DNA from: Lingula anatina
Taxonomy: Eukaryota; Animalia; Brachiopoda
Assembly (NCBI GenBank): GCA_051362555.1
Contig: CM120641.1
Coordinates: 42,166,401 to 42,230,400, forward strand
Length of the DNA: 64,000 bases
Reading direction: 5' to 3'
Shown: piece after piece, positions 25,767-39,986 of the stretch
Position numbering within the stretch: position 1 is the stretch's first letter
Layout of the letters: the number at the start of each line of letters is the position of its first letter
The notes under the pieces: model-generated
The model's input: the letters and a program-made list of their open reading frames with translations, nothing else
What the model was told of the DNA's origin: nothing
The model's database searches: none
Translations under genes and position numbers: made by a program

Positions 25767-26291
25767 GAGAAACATATCCTGATTGTGATAACAGCTAGAG
25801 CTATCTGGGGAAAATAATGAACATATCTGATGTTAATGTTCATTTTTTCTATAATTGTTGTGAATGTTAATTACAAGCTGTTCTATTTCAAAATAGATCC
25901 TTTGTGCATGTTAGTGCGTTTTTTAAAAAGAACATCACTTGGGAAATTGTTCACCTAATTGCAAATGTAGCCATAGCTTTGGAGCAGTTTTTTTATGCTG
26001 ATATTTATCCTGCAGTATCAGAACCTTATATATAAGGGCAATGGGAAAGATGAATTTTAAACTTACCATTTTTTTACCTTCAATAAATAAAGTTTAATAA
26101 ATAAAAAAAATGTCATGTTAATACTAGTAATACACATAAACCCAATCATAACACACATACACACATGCATATTAACAAAAAACATCATGAACAATTAGAT
26201 CCCTTTACCCATTAAAAGATGATGCACAGCCTAATGATTGATGGTAAGGGTAAACCAGTTTCAAACTAAGTACTAATAGGAGAGTACTTAC

Positions 26292-26347
26292 TTAGACATG
26301 GTGTAGTGTGACTTGGGCTCTACGCCTGCTGTGCTCGCCACTGGCTG
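26292..26347 (-). CDS. tns: Tensin linker exon QPVASTAGVEPKSHYTMS(N)
   Basis: Pyrimidine-rich cctccttcag acceptor (NAGNAG), gtaagt donor, phase 0->2 matching the next exon. Confidence 0.8.
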
Positions 26348-27687
26348 CTGAAGGAGGACAGAAAAATACATTTTAGTTTATCTGTCAGATCACTGATATA
26401 AAATGTATTTAGGTGGACTATTAAAGAAGAACAAAATACTCAAAGATAAACATTCATGTACACATATAAGATCTAAAATTTCATACTTGTGGCAGAGATA
26501 TTTAGTTGCACATGGTATGAACTTGCTAAAAAAAAAGTAAATATTTGCAGTTTCTGTCAGCTGTCCCAGTAACACATTCAACAGCCTGGTGCAGATCTTT
26601 GCAATATGAGGGTGACAGCAAGCTGTCCATGTCTGTCATCACTTTTCAAGGATCTTTCACTACACCAAGTCTTGTTGATGGGAACATGATACAGAGCATG
26701 GTACACACACAGGGAATCACAGGTGGAGTACATTAAATGGAGCATGTAAGAACTCTCACCAGGTGGTCACCTGTCAAACCATTAAATGAAGGTTCTGTGT
26801 GGTACATGGTGACAGGTAGTTGTCCTCATCTGTCACCACCCCTTCCCCTCACCTTCACCGGCTGTTTACATTCTGTAGAGTGTTAGTCCCACCCCCAATC
26901 TGGACAAGAAAACCATGTTGAATTCCTAATGGCTTGAATTTTCAATTAAAATGCCAGCAACCTGTCTGTATATGTCAACAGCCTTTTATGGCTCATGGTC
27001 CATTTATATTCAGTGGGCTATAAAACACCCAGGAAGTCACTGGCAAGTAAACAATATAGGTAGCTCCTGTGAATTAAAATTGACAGCAAGGTGTCTATAT
27101 CTGTCACCATCCTGTAAGATTTTGGACTGGTACCAAACTAACAACATAGCATGGTGCTTGTGAGCAGTTACCCAAAGGTATGTCTACATAAAGTGACAGT
27201 TAACAATGACAATGGATGGCCCTACATAGCCACTGTACAGTTTTTTTCTCCATTTGCATCTGTATCTGTCATCACACCCCAAGGTTATGGACTATTTACA
27301 TTCAGTGGGACGTGCCCCCTTGTCAGCCATCCGAAGGCTGTACTTAAACATAGAAACTAATGAAACAGCTTATAGTGTTTATTTGTCATCACAATGGACC
27401 ATTTACTTTTAAAAGAAACGAGTACCACCCTACAGTAATATCTTCATATGCACTATTTAGACAGGAGTCTGTTTGTAGCACTGGTCACAGGCAATGTATT
27501 ATTAATGAAGCAATAAAGTAGGCATTCTTGAGCATCACACACATAAAAAATAAAACCAAAACATATGTCTCTTGACTAAATTCTGCACCAGTCACCCATC
27601 TTTGAAATAGTACTATAAAACATGACTGTATTCTTCTTCTATCTGTAAAAAGAATAACGTTCCCCCAAGTTCTGTACCTTACCCTAC

Positions 27688-27762
27688 CTCAATGGGAGCA
27701 AACTGCACAGCCTTGTTCTTACGTCTGGCACTACATGATGTACAAGGTCTCAACAGCTTCAT
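27688..27762 (-). CDS. tns: Candidate alternative first coding exon MKLLRPCTSCSARRKNKAVQFAPIE
   Basis: GCCACCATG Kozak context, 25 open codons, then tandem donors GAG|gtaggg (phase 0) and GG|gtaagg (phase 2), each compatible with a downstream exon. Confidence 0.65.
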
Positions 27763-29973
27763 GGTGGCAGTGAACTTTTTTCACTTAACTTTTTTCTGTC
27801 CTTGATCACTCTTAAGTTTTTTTATTGCCTCTAAGCTGTTTTGAACTTATGAATGAGACCAATGAGAGTCTCAGAGTTAAATGAAGTCCAAAGAGTCCTC
27901 CAGTGAAATCTCAGTTTATTGTTGTTTCACTCCTGACTTCCTTCATTTTACTTTTTCGTCAAAACAAAGCCTTGTGTGGAAGTAAACCTCCAGTTTCAAG
28001 CACAGTTTTAAAACCCTGCTTAGTTTAATTCAACACTTGAAACTTGAAATCTCATGCCTTTTGTTTATTATTGTTCCCTTTCCAGATCTTGAGCATCTTT
28101 CCCAAGGCCAATTCGCAGTGAAAATAAGTTCCTAATCCTTCCTTGTTTTTTCACATCAATCCTTTATATCAGCGAATTACTTTGTCAGACTCCAAAACAT
28201 ATTCCAATCAGTAAAAAAAGGCAAATGAAAGAAAAAAATTGGCAGATTTTCTTCTAACTTCTCATAAAGAAGATTGCAAGTTGGTTGACAATTATTCTAA
28301 TATATATGCAGCTGACGACTGTGCTTCCATCAATATTCAGATAGCTGTTTGTATAAATCCAGATCTGATGGACAGAGAGCTGGGAACACTAACCGCAGAG
28401 TATTAGGTTGACAGATGGCTGGGTCCCAAAAGAGAGACATCACCACAGTGGTAAATCGAGTTATGCCAGCATTTAAAACAAATCCCTTCCACAAATTGGT
28501 ATTATCTAGATCAAGAGCAGCATGTTGTTCAGAACCTATGGATCATCATCTTATAAAAAAACCCATAAACCAACCTCTTTTAAAAGGAGCTTGTTAAACC
28601 CGTGCATGCTATAACCGTCTTTACATGAAGAGCGAATAACAAAACCTGAAACCAAACAATTACCTTATTAAGCAGTCCTGGGGTCTGTGTTACTTCTCCA
28701 ATAAAACTTGAACTCACTCTTTAATAGTCTAGGATGCAGTAAGTTAAGTAATCCAAAGATCCAATCAAATTCAAAAAATAAAAGTGTGGCTTAAATAAAA
28801 AAAGATATTTAACAAATAGCCAGCATTAATAAAAACAATCTGGCAGTTAACGAGTTACCTAGACTGCACTCTTGGTGTTACATCAATGAAGTTTGGGGTC
28901 AGGCTGCAGATGCATTTAAAACCCAAACAGGAAAACAATTTTTAAATCAGTGAGTAACTATGACCACATGTAGGCTGGACCGGGAACAATCCTTGCCTTG
29001 TATGGATGAAGCACTGTCCCGACTTCTGAAGCGACTACTCCGAAATGAGTGGGTGGGAGCGTGCATCTCGAGTTGTGGTTGCTGTTGTCCCTATTTCTAA
29101 AACCTGAATGACATATCAGAGTGGGATGGGTATTGAAAGTTGTGAAAACAATACTATTTATGTATGGGTCTGTCTGTAAGGCATGACAAACAATGATGGT
29201 CTAGCTGGTTTCAAGGTAATCGTACCCACTTACTGCACTCACATTATTGCCAACAATGCATTTTTGCCCTTAAAAAAATGAGAAAAACCATACATTCTAT
29301 ACTCTGTTTGTTAATACAATATTTCCTGTGGTGCTAGGATTTACCTGGACAACTGGCGGTTAGGTCAGAAATTGAGAATCGTATTCAAAGATGCAAGGAA
29401 TATACATGTACATGTCTATATAAAGAAATGAATGATGTGATTATTAAAGGGGGCTGGGTTACCTTTTATCTAAAACTTCATAATATCTTTGCCATGCATC
29501 AAATTTACTATTTTTTTAACCACAGTTTGCTGTTAATTTCAATACAATAAACTGCAGTTTATCAAATATGATTTAAAAATCCATGAAGATCAACATGTCC
29601 TATATATTCAACAACACAACCCTTTTCATCCAATACTAAACATGCCACAAACAATCCACACTGTAGACCACATAACACCGCTATTTCATCATAGCCAACT
29701 CAATTAGACAGAGAGATTATGTTGTGCCAAATTGCCACAAATGTCTGCATTATTTCCATGCACACTCAACAACTAAATCAAACTAATGGCCTGCTCGCCG
29801 TGATTATCACCACTGTTATTACAACCAGTGGATGTGCGTGTGGTAGGCTTATGCAGATGTAATATATAATTTTGCAAATTTTTTGCTATAGATAACTCAT
29901 TTGGGCTAAAAATGAAGAAAAATATTTGATTTAATGCCAATCATTCGTTGGGGGAAATGGTTCCTGAGCTTTG

Positions 29974-30011
<38 letters not shown>

Positions 30012-31340
30012 ATGACCCCAATTATACCTAACCTTTGCGCAACCTTCAGAAGAAGATTATGCCATAACCACTTCTTGGTTTATCTACTTACATTTCATCA
30101 TGTTGATCACATAGGCATCTTCACCAAACGTACAGTTCTCCAAATATCAAAAAATGTCTCTGCATGTAGCCATTTTATTTGTGTGGTACTGATTGTCCTT
30201 TTAACACCTAACTTGTATGTTATGTAAGCATCAGTAATAAGAAAGTGGTGCATTTCAGTTTGCTTTTTAAAAAGAAACTTTCATGGATTTTGTATTCAAC
30301 ACAGACCCAAATGCTTTTTCCCCCCAAATATATTGCTATAGAAGCTAATTTGCTTTGATCTTCATGTTCCAACCATTGCCAATTTTCTAATGAAATGTCA
30401 CCTGATCAAAATGTCACCCGAATTATACACTTTAAATTAGTGATTTCCTCCAGTCAACCTTGGCAATAAATTAAGTACGTCTAAGAGTGCCTAGGTTATT
30501 CAACATGTCACTTTAACCTTTAAGTAGCCTAAAATAAACCTGTAAAACTAATCATTTTCCCCCTGTATTATTCTATAATTTATGGTGTTGTTTAATCTAT
30601 GCACATCTCGTACTTAAACCAGTCCTGTAATTAGTCCCTCTGCAATTTTTTTCAGTCTAACCAATCACAGCAACTCCTGAATAATTTTTTAGAAGTGAAA
30701 TAACTATGAATAGTCAAGTCTTGTTCAAAACTGAAACTTGAAACTGTTTTTAATCGGTGGCATATTATATGCTCTATTGAATAAATATTGAAACCAATAA
30801 AATGAAAACTGTCTTTTGATTAGGCAAAATTTTCTTACTTTTGTAGCCCTAGAAGAAAATTTTAATTAAAAATGTCATACGTCAAGATACCATTTCATTC
30901 AAGGTCAGCCAAATAACCTTTTAGTTTGAAAATAAACAACCTGACCTTAAAAACACTGAACCAAAATTGAACTGTTCCCCATGTCGAATGGTTCCAGTAC
31001 CTTTTACTAATCCTTAACAATAGTGTTTAAAAATAGAAGTTCATCAAAACACACACCAACGTTGCTTTAACTATTGCCATAGAAATCCAGCAGAAAACAC
31101 ATTCCATTTTCCAGCACATGGTAGTTGGGGAGTACCAGAGTGAGTTCATACCTAATCTGCTTTTGTTCAAGTTCTGACCATAACAATGACCCAAAACATA
31201 TGCTCAAACAAATAAAGAATACATACACCATAACTCTAAGAACTCAGAAATACAAATTACCTACAGACTGGTAGGAGTCTGCTACATGGTGTTGAAAACC
31301 TAGAAGAATAGCACCAGTGCCTTCAATTTGCAAAACTTAC

Positions 31341-31367
31341 CACTGAGCTGTACTTAATGTGATGTCT
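31341..31367 (-). CDS. tns: Candidate 27-nt linker microexon RHHIKYSSV
   Basis: ttcctacag acceptor, GTG|gtaagt donor, open, phase 0->0, fits between its neighbours. No homology support. Confidence 0.45.
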
Positions 31368-34300
31368 CTGTAGGAACCCCATATGTTCAGTTTATAAAGG
31401 CAATTCAGTAATCAATGCATTTTTTTTTGGAAAATTCAAAAAGCCATCATAACTTCTGATGTTTCTGGTTGATAACCTTTACTTGTTCATCTAGGTACAA
31501 TATGATAACCCTGCATCTTTTCAATTAATAATATTTGAACTTCAAAGAAATATTTGTCAATCTGCTGCAAATTGAGAGGGGAGTTTAAAAAAACTCAAAA
31601 TATGCTTCAAATGTCAAAAATTGGTACCACATCCTTAATCACCATTTTGCCTGCAGAAATAATTTTGTTTTAATTCATTCCGTCCCATTTTGTAGCAGCA
31701 CCTTTTACAGTTCAGTTACCTGGATTTCCAGGTGACAGCTGGATCCAAAAACCTATACCTGGAACCAAGAACTGCTGCTATTGTGGCAGTTACAGTTGTT
31801 CAAAAATATACAGTGAAGTAAAAATACTTCCAGTGGCTATGACTATCCTCTGAACTTGATGTCAAAGCTGTATTTGTCTTTATGACAGAATTCTAATAAA
31901 AAAATTTAACCACTTCATGCAGAATCCTAACCTCTTACAACTAAAACAAAAGCCCATGGTGTCATGTCCATCATTCAATTGTCATGGACTCCTTTTTACA
32001 GTAATTTTGCACTCAGCAGTAAGCCAAAGATATGTTGCTTCTAGGACTTGGTGACCGGATCAAGTGACAATGACATACGCATGCAGATTAGGTAACAGTA
32101 TCTCCACTAGAAAATCACTGCACGATTTCCATGCCACATTATCTCTGTTGTCCTCTGGCTCTCTTGTCATCTTGTTAAAGCTCCTACTCATAGAGACACA
32201 AGTTGTAGGGGGGATTGATGTTCAAGTTAGGCGATGGAATTGTCACGCAACTATGGTGTCAATTCCGATCTTGCTGCTGGATTTCCTGTCAGATGTGATA
32301 TCGAGCAATGTCTTGTTTCCAAATGATCCTCCTTCCATATATGTCGATTAAAGGCTTGGCAAAAAACATTTTATAGCAAATAGGAAGGATTTATAGGATG
32401 GATAAAGAAAGCACTACAAATTCAAAGGTATTGGATAAGCCTTTCTTGAGACAATTTCTATCAACCCCCTCTAGTATTTAAAGGCTCCCACTGGTAAAGC
32501 ACTTAATGCACAATTTACATGGCCAATTTGACCTACAATGGAAACAAAGTGCTCTCTTTCCCCATTTCAGAATTGGGTAGTTGCATTTGATATGAACAGT
32601 CCATGTTTTAACAAAGACTTAATCATTTTCATACTCACAGAATAATGTACGTGCTGCTGATGATGATGTGGATGCTGTTGCTGCTGCTGCCTCTTTAAAG
32701 TATCATGGCTCTGCTGAAATGAAAAAAAAAACTTCCACTGAAACATATACTGCTGCAAATTTTAACAATCCTTAGTGCATTATTGTAACATTAAACTACT
32801 GGGAGAAGGACTATTCAAGGAGCCTAGCCTAAACTCTTCAATGTCAATGCAAAAAATGTGAAATATTACACAAATTGCCCTAGGGCAAATCACAATAACC
32901 GACTGTAAACTGATCCTGTAGCCTACAAACTTAAACACTAGTGCTCCCTCTCTCTGCAGATCTCTCTTCTCTCTTTTAAGATGTTTTTCTTTAGCAATAC
33001 AGGTGAAACTGGTTTGTGACTGTTTATCTCAGAGGGGGAACATACACCTTTCCACGTGAGTTTACTTCCACTGACCGTTGGCATTCTATTCGGCTCATTA
33101 TTTCTATGCACATCAGTGGTGAACATTTCATGCTTGCTTTTTTTTTCTCCTGCTGTAAAACTATTAGCTGTGTAAAAGTGGCTTTTAATGTAGTTCTCTA
33201 TCAGAGAAATTTGATCGTTAGAACACCTCGCGTTTTTTGTATGCCACATTGTATGAATTAACTTCGTTCTGCTTTTCTGCTATTGTTTCCTTCATGTACG
33301 TAACTCACAGAATTCCTTGGTAGCTATATTTTCAAGAATTTTTAAAGCCAGTATGAAAAGGAATACTAATGGCAATGAAAAGTTTATAGCTCTACTAAGA
33401 CGAGGATCCTTATCCATGCACTACTTTTCTCTAATGGCTGATCTTTAAGTGGTGTTAATAATTCTGGCTTTTCAAGCAGAGTTCATCACCTGTGCCAGCG
33501 AAATTGTAGGACTAACCATTGGAGCTTTTTTAGAAACCCTTGTAAAATTGAGTTCATTGTGAAATTAGAAAAAGAAAATTTAACAGACACATACTCCTGT
33601 GCTTGCACGTGCACAAATTTGCACCAAAGGATGCAGCATAATCAACTCTTCAGCTGATTGGGCCTACAACTTATCCTGATAAACATGAATACACACATCT
33701 CCAAACTTCAAAGCAGTTAACATTTGAACCTTTCCACATTCCTCCAAACAACATATCACCTCCTACACAAAGCATACCTTGGCCAGCATAAAACAAGCCT
33801 AAATTGTTTTGTCTAATGATTCCTGAAACATTAACCCTTCCCAGGAACCTTTTAAATGTCTTCCCAGAACATTTTGACTCCTGCAAACCATATACCTCGG
33901 TCCTGAAAAGCCTTTGAATTATTTTACCAAAAGATTCTGAATAGATGAAGTTCTTCCTAGTATGATTCCCCATACTATTTTTCATATAATAAACCCCTTG
34001 GCCATGGTTAAGGCTTTTTTTTAAAGAAGTTGAGCCTACTCTAGCATTACATTTGCTTTGGTCAATTTTTTAAAACTCATTTCCAGGAAATCAAAACATT
34101 TCAACCAAATATTAACATACAGGTTTTATACCAATATATGTTATTAGGTCACTGGTAATAGATAAATATGCCTGGTAAAATGTGCCAAAACCCCACAGAA
34201 ACAAAAACAGGGCTCAATTGAGCTCCTTAAACCCGTGCAAAATGGCATATATTTCAGTGACTGTAAATATGTAACCAGGTGGTAAAAGTCACCATTTTTG

Positions 34301-36756
34301 GCCACAAGCAATTTTGTAAAATCAACCCATTGCATTCCCAGCAATTGCACTGATTTGTATGTCGCCTGGAGGTTGTTTTGAATCAATTTAGCCTCAATCA
34401 GACTTGCCACATCTAAGAAAACTTCAAAATGACCTAGTTCTAGGAAAAATCACCATTTTTGGCCATGCTTGAATAATGTACAGAATGGAAGTTTGGTGTA
34501 TGCCAAGGTAAACAAATTGGTATTCAGAGCACTACCTGGAGAGGCTCGGTCCCACAGACTACTTTTGCCTGGCTAAGAGAGTGTTCAGATAAACCCATCT
34601 TGCTAGCTGGACTAATCTAACTCTTCGGGGATTCTCACCAAAGCTGATAAGGGGTAATTAATGATAGTCAATCATCTCCCACTTACTCAAGGTGGCGTGT
34701 CAGACAATTAAGTTGATTACAGCGAAAGCACTTTAGCAAGAAGCCCCACAGAGTTGGATCGATCCAGCTGGTACCATGGGTTTATGGGAATGCAGTCTTT
34801 AATAATAGCATATATTGTGGACTTGGACCCATTTTGTAAAAACACATTTACATCAGCAATATCTTACAACTGTTAAGTATCAAGTTCAAGGATAGTTTAT
34901 TGTTTCTATTTGCTAACAAATGAATTCTATTATTACTGTAGATGCATATTTGAAAGTTTTCATGAAATCACAAGAGGTGGGGGGTTAGAAGATGAAAGCA
35001 AAAGGAAGGGTGTCAACAGTTTGGAAAGTCTTCAGAACAATCAGATTTGTTTTATAAAAAAAGAATCTGGCTGTAAAAACAGTGGCATGCTGATAATGTT
35101 AAAAAAACACAGGAAAACAACGCTAGTAACAAGGAAATAGAAAACATTAATCTATCCAAACCCAAAGCAGACGCCCTTCTTGCACAAAAGTATGCCACTT
35201 TTTTCTCTGGGCAAGGAGGAGAAGAAATCTTAATTTCTAATTACAGATAAAATATTGAGATTATCTTTCCTTCTGCCTGTAATCTCATTGGTTGAGGGTA
35301 AGTATGAACATATCTGTGCCAAAGGCCCTAGAACTTTGTGTAAAATTCTACTGCAGGAACACAGGGTAAGCACCTGGGTAAAATTCATTAACATGCCTTT
35401 TTTTAAAGGATTCAACTGTACCAAATTAATCAAATGATTTTTTCCTTCTTTTAGAACTTTATTTCCTTGGGTTTTAAAATTAGAATCTCAATCTTAAATC
35501 TTAAAACTTGTGTCTTTATTAGTATTGCAACTGCAACCCCAATGATAAATGAGATGCAAGTAATTACCTAGCACTCCTTCCAAACAAGCATATACCAACT
35601 CACATCAGGAAACATCCCACCACTGTATTTATAATAGAATCAAGAAGAACAAATAAAGTATGACATCTTTTAATTGAATGAAATGATACAAGGGCCTTGC
35701 ACAGGGCAAAAATATTGCATAAGCCTCTTGTTTTGGACAGCAATATCTAGCCACAAAAGTATGTTTTAGGAAAAAAAGAGAAAAAAAAAAACGGAATTCT
35801 GAAGCTGTGTTCAACAATCATGAAAATATGCACAGCACTTTCTTTACATGATGGAAATTCAACAAGTCTGAATAATGTAAAGCTAAGTAGGTGATTTTAA
35901 TTCTAAACTCAACAATTTGTATTCAGGCCAACAGACAAAAATGGGAAGGTGAAGGAAAAGACAGGATACCACCAAGACAACCCAATTAATTTCAACATGT
36001 TGATATTCTCTATACATTCATCTAAAAAGAAAAACAGGGCTATTCAGCTGCCAGGCTTGAAATCTGAATCAATTTAAAGCAGAGGTGTCACAGCCTACTT
36101 TACCACTTAGTTGCGAAAAAATCTAGAAAAACAATGAAATTAAAACAGTAAAATACATAATTATATGTGCATCTTCATTTCCATTCAACTTGTGAAACAG
36201 ATTTAAACTGTACCAGATGCTTGTCAACATTTAATTCCCTTTTGAGAAAAACAAAAACAAGTATTGTGTTCCTGTTTCACACAAAAACATAATAACCACT
36301 GTTGATGCCAGGAAAAATTTGACAAGTTGGCTATTTATCAAAGTGACAAGATAAGTGGGAAGTTTTGAAATTGTGTGAAAAAAAAATCACAACCATGCCT
36401 TAACAATGCAGGATGCTGAAAAAGTGAATGTTCTCATTCATTTTTGCCCCCCAAATGTGGGATATACTGTCTAAATGCTGTCAGTTTAAATAATTGCTGG
36501 TTATTTCTGTACTACATGTGACTGTTTGTCAGTGAGGAGAAACTGGTTCTGCCACGGCATAAGTATCAAGAACATGTATACCTATGAAAATTGTCTATCA
36601 GAATGCAAACAATGCCCCATGTGCATGCAACCTACGATTGCAGACTGTCCAACTCTCTTTAAAATCAGAATTTTTACAGGCCTAGGTAAAAACATTCACA
36701 TATATGTCATCATACATTATTTCAACACACATGCACATAACATGTAAATATCCAAA

Positions 36757-36899
<143 letters not shown>

Positions 36900-36923
36900 G
36901 TTCCAGGTATTTTTAGTACTTAC

Positions 36924-36965
36924 CAGTTCTATACTGCTGCTGGGAGGATTACATGCAGTCACCAC
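36924..36965 (-). CDS. tns: Tensin exon, end of C1: VVTACNPPSSSIEL
   Basis: tgtgtttctag acceptor, CTG|gtaagt donor, phase 0->0. Supplies the last C1 Cys and resembles vertebrate VxxxCxPPxxxEL. Confidence 0.9.
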
Positions 36966-37557
36966 CTAGAAACACAAAGGATACAATATTTATAGTTCAC
37001 AATTACAGGAAATTATTGCTGTTAACACAGCAAATATAGGCCACTTGGAAAATAACCCAGATATTAATTCTTTGACCTTAATTGTGTAATGTCATATTCA
37101 ATATCCAGCATCAATAATGTTCTGATATATTAATTTTGTACTGTAGGCAGTAATCTACATGTAAGTGCCACCTATGGAAATAGTGAACTCACAGAAAGGG
37201 CTGTTATACATCATAGACTGGTGTGCTCAATTACCAAAAACAAGGTATTTTTATGTCACTGTAAATTAGCCTCGGAGTTCTGCAGGGGAGTTCTGCAGGA
37301 AAATGCCTGCGTAAATGTTGATGTTTTTTCTTACAGTTCACACACTATAACTAGAGCATAAATGTTGTGCAGAAATCAAGCCTGATGTAAATTGTTTAAG
37401 GCATGGTTATTGCTGGGAGTCCAGGGTATATTTGGTGTTAGCTGGGTAATGCAGCTGTGTTTGTGCCTATGGTATAATTGGTGTGACAACATTTTGTGAT
37501 TGACTTTGTATTACCCTAACCAACCCCTACTTAATATCCCTTCTTTCTCCTTTTTCC

Positions 37558-37560
<3 letters not shown>

Positions 37561-37604
<44 letters not shown>
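37561..37604. repeat. (TC)n microsatellite
   Basis: Perfect TC run; similar runs at ~40634-40672 and ~60997-61025. Confidence 0.97.
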
Positions 37605-37606
<2 letters not shown>

Positions 37607-37798
37607 GTAAACCACACAGTCAGTCCAGTCTTAAATTAAAATATTACAGCATTGGAGTTGACACAGAAGTGTGCCACTGTACTAAGACCTCCTTTGAAAA
37701 CCCTGGAGGACACTTACAATTGTGTATCAGATTTAAGACAAACACACTCTCTACTGTAGCTGGAATCTTGCTTTCCTCCACCAGCTACAACAGTCTAT

Positions 37799-37973
37799 GG
37801 CCACATTCAGAATAGGGGAGTAACTAGTCGGAGGGTTAAATATGGCGACCCACTACAAAGCTTGCTGTCTAATCCCCTAATAGACACTGAATAGATATCC
37901 CTTGGGGAAGTATTCAAATGGGTCAGCCATATTTGACCCTTGGACTATTTATTCCCCTATTCTGAATGGAGCC
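37799..37973. mobile_element. Small hairpin MITE (~175 bp), Harbinger-like ends
   Basis: ~55-bp imperfect inverted repeats: ggccacattcagaataggggagtaactagtc…gggttaaatatggcgaccca versus tgggtcagccatatttgaccc…gactatttattcccctattctgaatggagcc. Confidence 0.8.
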
Positions 37974-39986
37974 TGTATTTCCAGCAACTGACATATGACC
38001 AATGCTTACTTTACACCAAAGAAGTTGGTGGCAGAACCATCAGCAAACTTTCTAACTCCTTTTTCCTGATCGCTAAAACAACAATTTACACTGGAAAGTA
38101 AATGAGAATCCCTGGTAAGGTTTCAACAAAAACCAGTTTCCCATATGTTGAGGTGTGTGGGAGATGACGAAGAACATGCAATCCCCCCAAAAATAACACT
38201 CTGCACTCATTTTCAGCTACTGACTCATGAGTAATAATAATCAACTATTTTTTATTCTCTGATATTACTTATATCAATGCAACACAAAGCACATAACTGA
38301 CATTATTTTGACAACAACCATGCCTATGTTGCTTCCTATAATGAAAATGCTAAATCTGAAATCTTTTTGCACCCAATTATTTCACTTCAAACAAATATAA
38401 ACTCCCTCAAAAGTGTTTATCAAAAACATCAAATTCGCCTAAAATGTTCAGGGGTTAAAAAAGTACAAACAAAATTAAAGAAACACCCCCTCTCTTTTCC
38501 CAATCTGTCTAGTCCATTAAGGTCATGACTGGTCACCAAGGGTATTTGATCACACTGACCAAGACTTGACCACTCAATTATACACCAAAACATGCTAAGA
38601 AAACAGTCATGATGTCAAGCTCTTTCTGGAACCAATTTTTGTTTATGTGAAATCTCACTCCTGGGCATGGATGTTTTCCAGGTTAATTCTCAGTCTGCAG
38701 AACCAACAAATCCATCAGCTAGAAGGGTAACTCTTTTGGATCAACTATAACAACAAAGTTATAAAAGATATAAAAAATGGAATGACACAGGAGGACTTGA
38801 ATTTGACGAACCATCTGACATGTTATTTGTTCACTACATTTTTACAATAATCTGCAATTCACTTAAGCATTTAGTTTATATTACTGTAAGTCTTTTATAG
38901 TTTTATTTCAAACTTTTGTCAAATGTGGAAAAGTCTTACTTTTATGTATAGCAAGTTTTTTAACTCATTTTTTTAAAAGTACTTTTCTAATCCTGCCCAG
39001 AAACAGATGCTGTTTTGGCACAAACTATCATAACTGCTGCGTTTCTGGGGTTTTCTTAACTCAACACAAGACCCTGCGTATTCCAGGAGATCAAAAGATC
39101 CCAAGAAACATGACGCATCCAGGTAAAATTGCCCAAAAGCCAGAGGGTGATCTGAAAGTCTGCCATACTTCATGTGGCCTGAAAATCCACAGTTAGTTGT
39201 ACACAGAAAAGGTTTCTAAAGATAGATCCAGTATGATGTCATCATTTACCTGTTTAAGATGAGTTATGGTGAGTGAAAAGCCATCGTATTCAATCCATGA
39301 CTAAAACTAGATGAATCGATATTGAACTTAGGGAAGCCAATTTTTAGACCAAAAATAAAATAATCAATGCCATTCCACATTGCTAAAAATTTTCATTATA
39401 ATTTGCAAGAAATTTATGTGCCATCTTTTCTGAATTCAAACTCAATCACACAAAAACACTGACAAAGTTTGTTCATCATCAAACCAGAATTCTACAGGAT
39501 TACCTGCAACATGTAGCTTGAATAGGTACTTGCATAAAGAGTAACCAGTCAACCTCATCCATGTAGTCACAAAATAAATCAAAATGTCCATCTCTGAACC
39601 ACTATGATCTCCAAAAAATCTATCTGTTGGTGGTATCTCTTCCTCTGTGGTATGTTTAAATAGTATATTTCATATTCATCACTGCACACTTCATAACCTG
39701 CACTTATGTGTATATGCTGGTTGTATCAAAGGATACAGCTTTTACTGTAATTTTAATGAAGACTCTCATTATAAATAATTTTAATAAAGTATCAAGCATG
39801 CACCAAGTGTATATCATCATTACCAATAATCCTCTATAGGTGGATGAAAAAGTTATATCTTCAGCTGCAAAATCAAAATGCTGCAAGTCAAATTACTTCT
39901 CAAATGTAACTTAAGTGGATTATCTGCCCTATATGCCCTCCCCCTTCCACCCTTTACCATCCTAGCAATGTCATACCCCAAGATAC

